Below, piece after piece: positions 50,038 through 60,073 of a stretch of 64,000 bases of DNA (positions are counted from its first letter, which is position 1; each line of letters begins with the position of its first letter). This stretch comes from Candidatus Kapaibacterium sp. (GTDB taxonomy: Bacteria > Bacteroidota > Ignavibacteria > Kapaibacteriales > UBA2268): assembly GCA_963665665.1 (NCBI GenBank), contig OY762428.1, positions 4,224,001 to 4,288,000 of the forward strand, written 5' to 3'. The notes beneath the pieces were generated by a model. That model was not told where the DNA came from, ran no database searches, and was given only the letters and a program-made list of their open reading frames with translations. Both the position numbers and the translations under genes were made by a program.

Positions 50038-51210
50038 TTGTCTGAAAAATTTAACATGACCGCCAAAACATTTTTCGGCCTTGAAGAAATACTGGCTGAA
50101 GAACTGAAACAACTTGGCGCGGACGATATAGAAATACTTACAAGAGCTGTGTCATTCCGCGGGAATAAAGAATTAATGTATAAGGCAAATTTGTACTGCC
50201 GCACAGCACTGCGAATACTTAAACCGGTTCACAAATTCAGGGTCAGGAATGAAAAGGACCTGTATAAAAGAACAAAAGACAAGGACTGGTCTGAGTTTTT
50301 GACGAATGATATGACTTTCGCCGTCGACAGTGCAGTTTATTCAGAACACTTCAACCATGAAAATTACGTGGCACTGAAAGTAAAAGACGCTATCGTTGAT
50401 CAGTTCCGCGCCCGTACCGGAAAAAGGCCGTCGGTAAACACTATCGAACCGGACCTGAGAATAAATGTACATATCTCGCGTGAAGATTGCATGATATCCC
50501 TGGACAGTTCCGGGTATTCTCTTCATAAACGCGGCTGGCGCGACGCTCAGGACAAAGCCCCCATTAATGAAGTTCTGGCGGCCGGAATGATAATTCTTTC
50601 CGGTTGGGACGGCAAAGCCCCATTTGTTGATCCGATGTGCGGATCGGGTACGATACTGATGGAAGCAGCGGCAATAGCTAATAGCATAGCTCCGGGAAAA
50701 ATGCGGGACTTCGGGTTCGCAAGCTGGGTCGATTTTGACGAAAAGCTTTGGAGAGATCTACAGAATGAAGCCTCCGATGCTGAAATCATTACAGACAGGA
50801 AAATTGTTGGAAGGGATAGATCCAAAAAGGCAATAAGTATTGCTAAAAACAATATTAATAACTGCGGATTTGATAAATACATCGACCTTGGCAACTGCGA
50901 GATGGAAAAGCTTGACCCACCGAGGCCGGCTGACGATGAAACCGGCATTGTTATTATGAATCCCCCTTACGGCGAAAGACTTGAAGAAAAAGATATAATT
51001 GAACTATACAAAAATATCGGCGACAACCTGAAAAAATCATTCGCAGGATATAACGCCTGGATTATCAGCTCGAACATTCCGGCGCTGAAACGCGTGGGGC
51101 TGAAAGCATCCCGAAGGATTCCGCTGTTCAACGGCCCGCTGGAATGCAGGTTTTATAAATTCGAGCTGTACAAGGGTACAAGAAAAATTAAAAAAGAAGA
51201 CAGAAAATGA
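50038..51210 (+). CDS. rlmL: THUMP-domain rRNA methyltransferase (RlmL/YpsC-like)
   Basis: AKTFFGLEE, KDAIVDQFR, SLHKRGWR, DPMCGSGT and NPPYGERL motifs; start probably TTG at 50038. Confidence 0.85.
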   Translation: MSEKFNMTAKTFFGLEEILAEELKQLGADDIEILTRAVSFRGNKELMYKANLYCRTALRILKPVHKFRVRNEKDLYKRTKDKDWSEFLTNDMTFAVDSAVYSEHFNHENYVALKVKDAIVDQFRARTGKRPSVNTIEPDLRINVHISREDCMISLDSSGYSLHKRGWRDAQDKAPINEVLAAGMIILSGWDGKAPFVDPMCGSGTILMEAAAIANSIAPGKMRDFGFASWVDFDEKLWRDLQNEASDAEIITDRKIVGRDRSKKAISIAKNNINNCGFDKYIDLGNCEMEKLDPPRPADDETGIVIMNPPYGERLEEKDIIELYKNIGDNLKKSFAGYNAWIISSNIPALKRVGLKASRRIPLFNGPLECRFYKFELYKGTRKIKKEDRK

Positions 51211-51222
51211 TATAAAACTAAT

Positions 51223-51252
51223 CATCCGATGGCTGCAGGTCATCGGATGTAT
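51223..51252. repeat. REP-like palindrome, copy 2 (inverted relative to copy 1)
   Basis: catccgatggc-tgcag-gtcatcggatgtat between convergent rlmL-like and lplA genes. Confidence 0.8.
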
Positions 51253-51265
51253 TATTCAAAATCTG

Positions 51266-52249
51266 TTAAAACATACCTTTAATAAACTCATCTTTCGGTA
51301 TATTACTGAAATAATCGTCAAATTCAAATTCGGATAGTTTTTCTTCAATTGCTTTGCTGTCATGCTTTGTACCGGTTAAGGCGTTTTCAATTTCGGTTAT
51401 ATCTTTTTTATTAAAGAAATCTCCGAAAATTTTGATCTTTTCAATTACTCCGGAATGAACATCCATATTGAATTCAACGTGGCCGCCGGGTGTTTTAATC
51501 TCGTGGTTGAAATTGTATTTCGGAGAGTATCCGAAATTCCAGTCCCACGTTGTATATTTTTCATCGCGAAGTTTGTTGATCTCATTTATATCAGCAGCAT
51601 TCAGTTCGTACTGTTCAGAATCATCGTACATTGCCATTATATGATCCATTATCATTTCTGTAAATTTCTCAATGCTGATCTGCTCTTTAAGGTGGCTGCT
51701 GATATTTGTTACGCGGCTTCGGACTGACTTTACAGCCTTATCCTTGAACTTAGACTCTTTTACTTTAAGGGATTGTGTCAGGTCCTTCATTTCGGATGCA
51801 AAAAGCAAAGTACCGTGATGCAGTACCCTGTTCCGGACAACGTGCTCTGCATTCCCTGAAAACTTCCTGCCGTCAATTGTCAGGTCGTTCCTGCCTTCAA
51901 ATTTCGATTCAATTTCCAATTTGGTCAGAACATCCTGAATAGGCAGAGTATATTTTTTAAAATCAACAAGCTTTCCTTCTTTTCCATTCATAATAAATGT
52001 AAAGTTCAGGTTGCCGAGATCATGGAAAACAGCTCCGCCTCCCGAAAGCCTTCTTACTACGGGAATTTCATTTTCCTGAACATAGTCCAGATTGATTTCC
52101 GAAAGAGTATTTTGGTGCTTGCCAACAATTACGGCAGATTTATTACGCCAAAGCATGAAAATATTTCTATCTGCAAAATTTTTAAAGAAGTATTCCTCAG
52201 TTGCCATATTGAAATATGGTTCAGTACTTTTGTTATAAATACAAAGCAT
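51266..52249 (-). CDS. lplA: Lipoate-protein ligase A
   Basis: PYFNMATEE, VGKHQN, VRRLSGGGAVFHD, GRKFSGNA, LHHGTLL and KSVRSRVTN motifs. Confidence 0.95.
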   Translation of the reverse strand: MLCIYNKSTEPYFNMATEEYFFKNFADRNIFMLWRNKSAVIVGKHQNTLSEINLDYVQENEIPVVRRLSGGGAVFHDLGNLNFTFIMNGKEGKLVDFKKYTLPIQDVLTKLEIESKFEGRNDLTIDGRKFSGNAEHVVRNRVLHHGTLLFASEMKDLTQSLKVKESKFKDKAVKSVRSRVTNISSHLKEQISIEKFTEMIMDHIMAMYDDSEQYELNAADINEINKLRDEKYTTWDWNFGYSPKYNFNHEIKTPGGHVEFNMDVHSGVIEKIKIFGDFFNKKDITEIENALTGTKHDSKAIEEKLSEFEFDDYFSNIPKDEFIKGMF

Positions 52250-52312
52250 AATATTCCTGATTAATTAATTTCAAATTTACTATTTCCTTTGACGTTTTAT
52301 GTCCTTACTTTA

Positions 52313-54136
52313 TTATCTGTACATCTTGTCAATGAAATCAGCGTAATTTTTCTCTACTACGTGCCTGCGAATACTCATTTTAGGGCTAAGTTCACCATTT
52401 TCTATTGAAAAAGATTTCGAAAGCATGGCAAATTTCCTAACCCTTTCAAATTTTGCCAGGTCTTTTTGCAGATAATCAATTTCTTTTTTCATGTGGCGAA
52501 TTACTTTATCATTTGATATCAACTCGGACTCGTTGCTGAACTCGATTCCGAGTTCTTCGGCCAGCGATACAAGCTGCGTAAAATCAGGGGTGATTAATGC
52601 CGTGCAATACTCACGTCTGTCCCCAATAAGCATAACCTGCTCAATAAACCTGCATTGGGCCAAAAGGTTCTCTATTGGCTGCGGGGCAATATTCTTACCG
52701 CCCGAATTTACAAAAATATTCTTCTTACGATCGGTGATCTTAATGTTTTTCTTTTTTGTAATTTGTCCTATATCACCTGTGTAAAGCCAGCCTTCAGAAT
52801 CAATTGTGCCTTCGGTAGCAAGTTTGTCATCCCAGTACCCCTTCATAATGTTTGGCCCGCGAGCGAGTATCTCACCATCCTCAGCAATTTTTACCTCAAT
52901 ATTTGGCAGGGGCATACCAACTGTACCAATTTCAATATTGTCAGGTTGGTTTACAGCAATTACCGGAGATGACTCTGTTAGTCCGTAACCTTCTAAAACA
53001 ATTATATCCATTGCGAGGAAAAACTCGGCAACTTCGGGAGCAAGGGCTGCCCCGCCGGAAATGAAATATCTTAATTTACCGCCTGTCTTTTCTTTTATCT
53101 TCGAAAAAACAAGTTTATCGGCAAGGCTGAACTGAGTTCTTAAGAATAAAGGATTTTTTCCTTTATTTTTTGCTTCAAGATATTTTTTTCCCGTATCAAG
53201 AGCCCAGTTGAAAACTTTCTTTTTGGCAGCGCTTTCTTTTTCAATACTTATAAGGATTTTTTTCCTGATTGTTTCAAGGAGTTTTGGAACTGTAGTTAAT
53301 ATTGTAGGCTTTATCTCGATGATATTGGATGCAACGGTTTCCACAGCCTCGGCTATTGCAATTGTAGAACCCTGAGACATCCCGCCATAGTAAGCGCTGG
53401 TTCTTTCATAAGAATGGCAAAGCGGAAGGAATGACAGAAAAGTATCTGAGGTATTAAAATGAATTACCTGAATAAAACCGTCAATATTCGAGACAACATT
53501 CTTATGGGTGAGAACCACACCTTTGGGATCGCCTGTTGTGCCCGATGTATAAATTATTGTTAAAACATCATTTTCAGTTATCTTGCTGTATTGTTTTTTA
53601 AGTATCTTACGCCGCTCTTCAATATTCTTCAACGATTTTCCACGGTCAATTATCTCTTTCATAGACTTAACAGAAACATCCTGATGATCGTACTCATCAT
53701 TCATGACGATTACATGCCTTAGTGCAGGAAGGTTTTCTTTAAATTCCATTACTTTTGACAACTGAAAGTTATTTGAAACAATAATTGCAGTAACAGCCGA
53801 ATTAGAAAATATATATTCCTCCTGCTTTGAGGTATGAGTAGGGAAAATCGGAACATCAATAGCTCCGAGCGTAATACATCCAAGGTCGGCTATCATCCAT
53901 TCAAGCCTGTTTTCAGAAACAATGCCGATGCGGTCATTCCTGCGAATTCCGAGTTCCATAAGCCCTAAAGCAAAGCACTCCACCAAATTCCTTAATTCAT
54001 CGTGAGTAAGGCTGATGAAAGCTTCAGAACCGGCAGGTTTGTGTTTCAAAGCAACTTGGGATGTCCCTTTGTGCTTATCAGCAACGGTATAGAACATTTC
54101 AGCAATGGTAGAAAAATCAACTTTTACATTCTTCAT
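52313..54136 (-). CDS. Long-chain fatty acid-CoA ligase (AMP-binding)
   Basis: IYTSGTTGDPKG, FLPLCH, EGYGLTE, TGDIG and DRKK..GGKNIAPQ motifs. Confidence 0.93.
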   Translation of the reverse strand: MKNVKVDFSTIAEMFYTVADKHKGTSQVALKHKPAGSEAFISLTHDELRNLVECFALGLMELGIRRNDRIGIVSENRLEWMIADLGCITLGAIDVPIFPTHTSKQEEYIFSNSAVTAIIVSNNFQLSKVMEFKENLPALRHVIVMNDEYDHQDVSVKSMKEIIDRGKSLKNIEERRKILKKQYSKITENDVLTIIYTSGTTGDPKGVVLTHKNVVSNIDGFIQVIHFNTSDTFLSFLPLCHSYERTSAYYGGMSQGSTIAIAEAVETVASNIIEIKPTILTTVPKLLETIRKKILISIEKESAAKKKVFNWALDTGKKYLEAKNKGKNPLFLRTQFSLADKLVFSKIKEKTGGKLRYFISGGAALAPEVAEFFLAMDIIVLEGYGLTESSPVIAVNQPDNIEIGTVGMPLPNIEVKIAEDGEILARGPNIMKGYWDDKLATEGTIDSEGWLYTGDIGQITKKKNIKITDRKKNIFVNSGGKNIAPQPIENLLAQCRFIEQVMLIGDRREYCTALITPDFTQLVSLAEELGIEFSNESELISNDKVIRHMKKEIDYLQKDLAKFERVRKFAMLSKSFSIENGELSPKMSIRRHVVEKNYADFIDKMYR

Positions 54137-54678
54137 TACAGGCTCATATTTTGATTAAAAAAATGTGAATTATTAAATCAATACAACAATTATCATGGAT
54201 TAACAATGAATAACTGATACAATTTAATTAATTTTTTCATAAAAGAAAAATCTGCTATTCGGTGAATATGAAGAATAGCAGTAGTTCTATAACAGGCGTT
54301 ATTTTCTGGAGTATATTCCGATCAATTTCCCGTGCTTTATCGAATACTGTTTAATCCTGAGCAGATGCTTCTCTTTTGGGGCCGAACATTATTGAAAAAC
54401 AGGAGGGCAAGTATCATGAATCAACCTGCCCTGAATCTTCCTATTGTTTTAGGAGCTATCCGATAAAATAATATTTTATACGATTTTGTATATGTCAATA
54501 ACGAAAAAAATAAACTCCATCCCGGGAATCTGCCCGGAATGGAATATTTTAGCAAATATCCATACTTTGCAAAATCTTTCTATGTTGCCCGAAAGATATT
54601 AACCTTTTTAAAATACATGCAAATTAGCCCGGATATTATTAAGAATACTAAACACCCATGGGAATCTGTCTAATGAAG

Positions 54679-55683
54679 TTATTCAGGAAAATTATTTACA
54701 ATTACTTTTCCTGCCTGCCCTCCTCGAAGAATAATATCAATTTCCTCGCTGAGATTATCAAGTGTAACTTCTTTCACGTACTTTTCAAAATTGTCAATTT
54801 TCCAGTCGCCTGCAATATTATTCCATAGTTTTAATCTCAAGTCCATCGGCCTGGATGCTGAATCAATACCGGTAATTGTAACACCCCTGAGCAAAAACGG
54901 GTAAACAGATGTTTCCAGCTTATCCGATTCAACATTTCCCAAACAGCAGACGCATCCGTGCTGTTCCAATGACCTTACAACTGTTGATAAAGTATTACCG
55001 CCCACTGTGTCAATTGCTCCGGCCCATCTCCCTGACAGAAGGGGCCTTCCGCTTGTATCATATACACTTTCCCGGCCAAGTATTTCTGCAGCTCCGATTT
55101 CTTTTAGCATTTCTGATTTTTCAGGCTTACCTGTTGTTGCCGTTACTTCATATCCAATTTTGGAAAGCATCCCGACTGCAAGACTGCCAACACCTCCTGT
55201 TGCGCCTGTAACCAGAATTTTACCCTTATCAGTAGTAATATTATGCCTGATTAACTCATGAATACATGTAGCAGCCGTGAATCCCGCAGTACCGTAAATC
55301 ATGCTTTCTCTCAGGCCAAGCCCGTCCGGAAGTGGTACTATCCAGTCTGCCGGTACACGAATATACTGTCCGAAACCGCCACTTGTGTTCATCCCAAGGT
55401 CATATCCTGTTACAAGAACCTTCTGCCCCGAAGTAAACTTACTACTTTCGGAAGCTTCAACAATTCCGGCTGCGTCTATTCCAGGTGTATGGGGATAGTA
55501 TCTGCTTATACCTTTATGACCCCTTGCAGACAGGGCATCCTTATAATTAAGGGCAGACCAAAGAACTTTAATCAGAACATTATTTTCAGGAAGTTCTGAA
55601 ATTTTCTTCGTTCCGATAAATCTTTTGAATTTTCCTTTTTCAAATTCCTCAACTATCATTGATTTATATTCGAAGTCCGTCAT
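54679..55683 (-). CDS. yhdH: YhdH/AcuI family NADPH quinone oxidoreductase (MDR)
   Basis: ALNYKDAL, TPGID, YGTAGFTA, VTGATGGVG and PFLLRGV..GIDS motifs. Confidence 0.88.
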   Translation of the reverse strand: MTDFEYKSMIVEEFEKGKFKRFIGTKKISELPENNVLIKVLWSALNYKDALSARGHKGISRYYPHTPGIDAAGIVEASESSKFTSGQKVLVTGYDLGMNTSGGFGQYIRVPADWIVPLPDGLGLRESMIYGTAGFTAATCIHELIRHNITTDKGKILVTGATGGVGSLAVGMLSKIGYEVTATTGKPEKSEMLKEIGAAEILGRESVYDTSGRPLLSGRWAGAIDTVGGNTLSTVVRSLEQHGCVCCLGNVESDKLETSVYPFLLRGVTITGIDSASRPMDLRLKLWNNIAGDWKIDNFEKYVKEVTLDNLSEEIDIILRGGQAGKVIVNNFPE

Positions 55684-55862
55684 AATTTCTCCCTTTAATT
55701 GCGTATTAATTTGTTTTTCGAATATGATTAAAATTTTTGAGAATTCCGAATGAGAAAATGGTGAGGAGAAATTTCCAAATTTCTATGTATTATTATCTAT
55801 ATATTCATATTTGTTGGTTTACATGAAATTAGTTATTTTATTTTTTCATTTTGTAAAAATTT

Positions 55863-56254
55863 ATGAATAAACTGCAACATATTGAATTTTGGGAAGGTCT
55901 TCAGAAGAAGATTGGATTTCTGCTAAAAGTCTTTTGAATACCGGGAGATATGTTCATTCTCTTTTTTTTGCTCATTTAACGCTTGAAAAACTTTGTAAAG
56001 CCATTTGGATTCAAGATAATGTTGTTAATATTCCTCCAAAAATCCACAACCATATAAAATTATTATCTGAAACAAATGCCAGTTTAAGTACAGATCAGCT
56101 TGAATATTTATTAGAAATCAACAAGTTTCAAATTGAAGGCCGATATCCGGATTTTGTTAATAATTTTCAAAGAATTTGTACGTTTGATTATACAGTTGAA
56201 AACTTAAATAATATTGAGGTTATAAAAGAATGCTTAATAAATCAACTGCCATAG
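55863..56254 (+). pseudogene. HEPN domain protein with a 1-nt frameshift near codons 11-12
   Basis: ATG at 55863 gives MNKLQHIEFWE; the shifted frame continues SSEEDWISAK...HLTLEKLCKA...PPKIHN...EGRYP. Possibly an assembly error. Confidence 0.75.
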
Positions 56255-56541
56255 AACATGTAAAGAAATTTATTAAAGAAATTGAAAAAAATGGAATTGA
56301 ACTTTCCAGGGTTATACTTTTCGGATCTTCAGTTAGAGATGAAATGCATGAATATTCTGATATTGATCTTTTGCTGGTTTCTGATAAATTTTCTGATAAT
56401 GTTTTTGAAAATATCCGACTATACAGCAAGATTAACATAAAATATCCCGATATTGATACTCACCCCTTTTCGACTAATTATTTTGATAAAAGTGATCCAT
56501 TTATAGATGAAGTCAAAGCAACAGGCCTTATTATTCAATAA
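56230..56541 (+). CDS. Minimal nucleotidyltransferase (MNT antitoxin-like)
   Basis: LFGS-x10-DIDLLLV motif; overlaps the HEPN gene. Confidence 0.9.
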   Translation: MLNKSTAIEHVKKFIKEIEKNGIELSRVILFGSSVRDEMHEYSDIDLLLVSDKFSDNVFENIRLYSKINIKYPDIDTHPFSTNYFDKSDPFIDEVKATGLIIQ

Positions 56542-56841
56542 ATAATACTTTGTATTTTTTGTAAAAAATCAGCCCTTTTTAAAATTTTATATATTCGAGA
56601 AAGAATATTATTTAACATTGCAACATCTATATAATAAACACCGATATAATTTGATATTGAACCTTATTTGAAAAATCAGGATTAATTCAAACTAAATCCA
56701 ATGAAAACTTGTTTTGATGGAAGTTTTTTACGATATTTGAAAATATGTGATTAAAAGGAATTTAATATTCCTGTATTGTGCTTTTTATTTTTATTTTGAA
56801 ATCTATTAACTGTTTAACTTTTATATATTTAAGGAGGCATT

Positions 56842-57168
56842 ATGCAATTTAAGAGCTTAATATCCAAAATTGGTATTGGCTCGGCTATTGTTGCTGTATC
56901 CGTATTATTCATGGATTGTTCCAATAAAATTACGGAAGAGCAACTGGCACAGCTTAAGGAGCTTCGCAAGCAGGAAAGATCGCTAACTGCAAAGATTTCC
57001 GATATCAAGTCCGACAAAGCTGCAGTGGAAAAAGAATTAAATGCCCGTAAGGCTGAAATGAAGAAATGCCAGGAAGATACTGAATTTGTTAAGAAAAAAT
57101 TGTCGCAGTGGCCGAATGTCTGGCCGGATTGGAAACCGGAACAGGAAGCCGCGCCGGAAACAGAATAA
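56842..57168 (+). CDS. Small coiled-coil probable lipoprotein
   Basis: AAGGAGG RBS; hydrophobic signal ending at Cys26 (atypical FMDC lipobox); heptad coiled coil; WPNVWPDWKP tail. Confidence 0.75.
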   Translation: MQFKSLISKIGIGSAIVAVSVLFMDCSNKITEEQLAQLKELRKQERSLTAKISDIKSDKAAVEKELNARKAEMKKCQEDTEFVKKKLSQWPNVWPDWKPEQEAAPETE

Positions 57169-57229
57169 TATTTTGTTCCTCTCAATAATTACTATTTAGA
57201 TGTGAAACAAATTTTTTACACGGTGAAAA

Positions 57230-58018
57230 ATGAAAAAATTTCTTATTTACTTTATATTATTGACGTTTTCCGGTTCAGTAGCTTTCTCGCAAATGCCACC
57301 GGAAAGCAAGCCAGACATGGAACTAACGAAAGACGAAGCCGTTCTTCGTATTCAGGACTGGACTCAGAGAGTTAAAGAACTTGAAAACAAACTCGCTACA
57401 GCCGAACAGGATCTGGCAAAACTCCAGAATGACCTGCAGGAAGCAAAGAACAACCTGAAAGACTGCCAGGAAGCTCTTCTGGCTTTGCTTGAAGCCACTA
57501 ATATGGATATCGAAAAATTCCGCCAGGCTCTTGGTGTTATCGAGGGTAAAGTCAGGCAGATGAAAGGGTATTCGAACGATAAACTCGCAGACATGCGCGA
57601 CGATGTTGTGAAACTTGAAAATGACCTGAACGAACTCAGGAAAAACAAACTTGCTCTTCTTCCTGAATTCTACAACAAGATCCTTGAACTGGCAAGAGAT
57701 ATCAAGGGCCTTTACCGCGAAAAGAAAATCAAATCCTACACAGTTGGTACATGGTCTGAAGACAGAGACTGTCTGTGGAATATTGCCGGTAAGCTTGAAA
57801 TTTACGGCGATCCTTCCCTATGGCCAAAAATCTGGCAGAATAACAAGGATATCATCAGGAATCCTGATATTATCCACCCGGGACAGGTTCTGACATTACC
57901 TCAGAAGGGTCCTAAAGATGCTGCCGAACTGAAAGCCGAAAGGAAATACTGGAGAAAGAAACGCGATGCCATGGAAGCTGAAGCAACAACAACTCCGGAA
58001 CCAAGCAAAGGCGAATAA
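57230..58018 (+). CDS. Secreted coiled-coil protein with LysM domain
   Basis: Signal peptide; long coiled coil; YTV...DCLWNIAG...IYGDP.LWPKIWQNN...NPDIIHPGQVLTLP. Confidence 0.88.
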   Translation: MKKFLIYFILLTFSGSVAFSQMPPESKPDMELTKDEAVLRIQDWTQRVKELENKLATAEQDLAKLQNDLQEAKNNLKDCQEALLALLEATNMDIEKFRQALGVIEGKVRQMKGYSNDKLADMRDDVVKLENDLNELRKNKLALLPEFYNKILELARDIKGLYREKKIKSYTVGTWSEDRDCLWNIAGKLEIYGDPSLWPKIWQNNKDIIRNPDIIHPGQVLTLPQKGPKDAAELKAERKYWRKKRDAMEAEATTTPEPSKGE

Positions 58019-58039
58019 TATAATGCAAAATATTTGCTC

Positions 58040-58071
58040 AAAGCCCCGGTTATTTTACCGGGGTTTTTTTT
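58040..58071 (+). terminator. Intrinsic terminator
   Basis: gccccggt-tatttt-accggggt plus T run. Confidence 0.85.
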
Positions 58072-58152
58072 GATAATTAAGTAATTTCCCTTATATCATT
58101 TCTAATATTTTTGAATTATTTTATATTGAAATTGATTAATTAGGATTTTTAA

Positions 58153-60072
58153 GTGTTAAAGCGTCTATTTTTCAATATTATTATATTTTTAATCCTTTCC
58201 GCAACATTAAATGCCGGCGAAACAGACAGCCTTGATATTCTGATAAAGAAAACTTCTGGGCAGGCAAAATTTGATTTGTTGTTGAAAGCTGCTCAAATTT
58301 CTCTTTCCACTTCTCCAACAAAAACCATTAATTATTCTGAAACTGCTTTGAAAATTGCTGAGCAAAGAAAAGATACACTGGAAATAGTTCAGGTATATAA
58401 TTTAATGGCTGTTGCTAATTATTACCTCGGTGATTTTTCTAAAAGTATAACTTTTTATAAATCTATATCACGATTTTTAAAACATGACCCGCTTGGCCGC
58501 GCAGAAGCTAATGAGATGATAGCTTCAATTTATATGAAATCGGGAAATGATAATAGCGCGGTAAAATACTATGATATAGCTATAAGGGACTTCACCAAAG
58601 TGAAAAATAATATCAAACAGGCTAATTGTTTTATTGGAATTGGTGATGCAAAATTTAATCTCAGATTATTCAACGAATCTCTAAAATATTATAAAAAAGC
58701 GCTGGCTGTATATAACAAAAATAATGATACCAAAGGTAAAGCGCTTGCTCTGTCCAAAATATCCGAAGTTCATTACAAAAACGAAATGAAAACAGGTGAT
58801 TTTTCCGAACAGAAGGAAGAAGACCTGAAGATCAGGGAGGAACTAAGCGTAAAGGAAGGCGTGGCATTTTCACTTAATTTCAAACCAAGCCTGATGGAGG
58901 AAATTCCCGAAGAAGAAGAAAAGTTGAAGTTTGACAAAACACTTGAATATCTTTCCAAAAGCCTTAAACAGGCAAAAAAGAATAATTACAGAGAAATTAT
59001 TCTTAATAATTATAAGAAGTTCTCGGATGTTTATATTGCCGCCGGAGACCATGAAAAAGCTCTTAGATTTTACAGGCTTTATACCGAGATCAGAGACAGT
59101 ATGCATGATGAAAGAATGAACCAGAAAATTGCTGAAATGAGGGTTCGCTTTGAAACTGAAAAAAAAGAAAGAGAAATCGAGTTACTGAAAAAAAATGAAA
59201 TAATTAAAGAAATTGAACTGGAAAAACAAAAAACACAAAACAATCTGCTGATTGTAGTAATTGTTCTTTTAGCAATTATTCTGACCATTCTTACATTATT
59301 GATCATATCAAGAAGAAAAAGTCAGAAGATTCTCGAACAAAAAAATGTTGCCCTAAATGAAACAAATAAAAAGCTGTATGACTCGGAACAAAGCCTTAAA
59401 GACCTGAATAATATAAAGGACAGGCTTTTCAGCGTTATTGCAAACGACCTGAAAAGTCCGATCAATGCTTTCCTTGGAATTTCAAACTTCCTGCGCGGCA
59501 GAATAGACCAAATGGATGCTGATATGCTGAAAGATTCGGTCAGGGACATTGACCTATCTGCAAAAGAGATAGATTCTCAGCTTGAAAACCTTGTGAACTG
59601 GGCAAAAATTCAGATTGGTATGCTGGATATTTATCCTGAAGAAGTAAACATTTCTGAACTTGTGTCTCACATCATCATGACTGGTAAAACTGAACTTGAG
59701 GAAAGAAAAATTGAAACCTCTATTGATATTGATAATTCGATATACGCTTTTGCGGATATGGAAATTACACTCACAGTTATGAAGAATCTTTTTAATATCA
59801 TTGTTAGTAATTCTTCAGAAAATTCGAATATATATCTTGACACCTGGAAGGAAAACGGAACAACGATTGTTTCAATCAGCTCTGACGGAATAATTGATAT
59901 GAACGAAATGGATAAAAACTATTCTGCTAAGGAAAATAAAACAGAAATTTCAGATATAGGCCTGATAGTTTGTATGGAATTCATGGAAAAGAATAACGGC
60001 AATATCAGATCAGAAATTCGGAACAACAATTTTGCATATATTTTCTCGCTTAAAGCTGCCAAAAATTTATAA
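58153..60072 (+). CDS. TPR-repeat membrane sensor with degenerate histidine kinase domain
   Basis: Signal peptide, periplasmic TPRs, FETEKKEREI, TM, then FSVIANDLKSP (H-box His replaced by Asn) and eroded N/G boxes. Confidence 0.85.
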   Translation: MLKRLFFNIIIFLILSATLNAGETDSLDILIKKTSGQAKFDLLLKAAQISLSTSPTKTINYSETALKIAEQRKDTLEIVQVYNLMAVANYYLGDFSKSITFYKSISRFLKHDPLGRAEANEMIASIYMKSGNDNSAVKYYDIAIRDFTKVKNNIKQANCFIGIGDAKFNLRLFNESLKYYKKALAVYNKNNDTKGKALALSKISEVHYKNEMKTGDFSEQKEEDLKIREELSVKEGVAFSLNFKPSLMEEIPEEEEKLKFDKTLEYLSKSLKQAKKNNYREIILNNYKKFSDVYIAAGDHEKALRFYRLYTEIRDSMHDERMNQKIAEMRVRFETEKKEREIELLKKNEIIKEIELEKQKTQNNLLIVVIVLLAIILTILTLLIISRRKSQKILEQKNVALNETNKKLYDSEQSLKDLNNIKDRLFSVIANDLKSPINAFLGISNFLRGRIDQMDADMLKDSVRDIDLSAKEIDSQLENLVNWAKIQIGMLDIYPEEVNISELVSHIIMTGKTELEERKIETSIDIDNSIYAFADMEITLTVMKNLFNIIVSNSSENSNIYLDTWKENGTTIVSISSDGIIDMNEMDKNYSAKENKTEISDIGLIVCMEFMEKNNGNIRSEIRNNNFAYIFSLKAAKNL

Positions 60073-60073
60073 T

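Noticed and set aside
54137-54678. Riboswitch or ncRNA upstream of the acyl-CoA ligase
   Set aside because: Only weak imperfect hairpins (around 54400-54435 and 54515-54545), with no match to a family I recognise; an Rfam scan would be needed.
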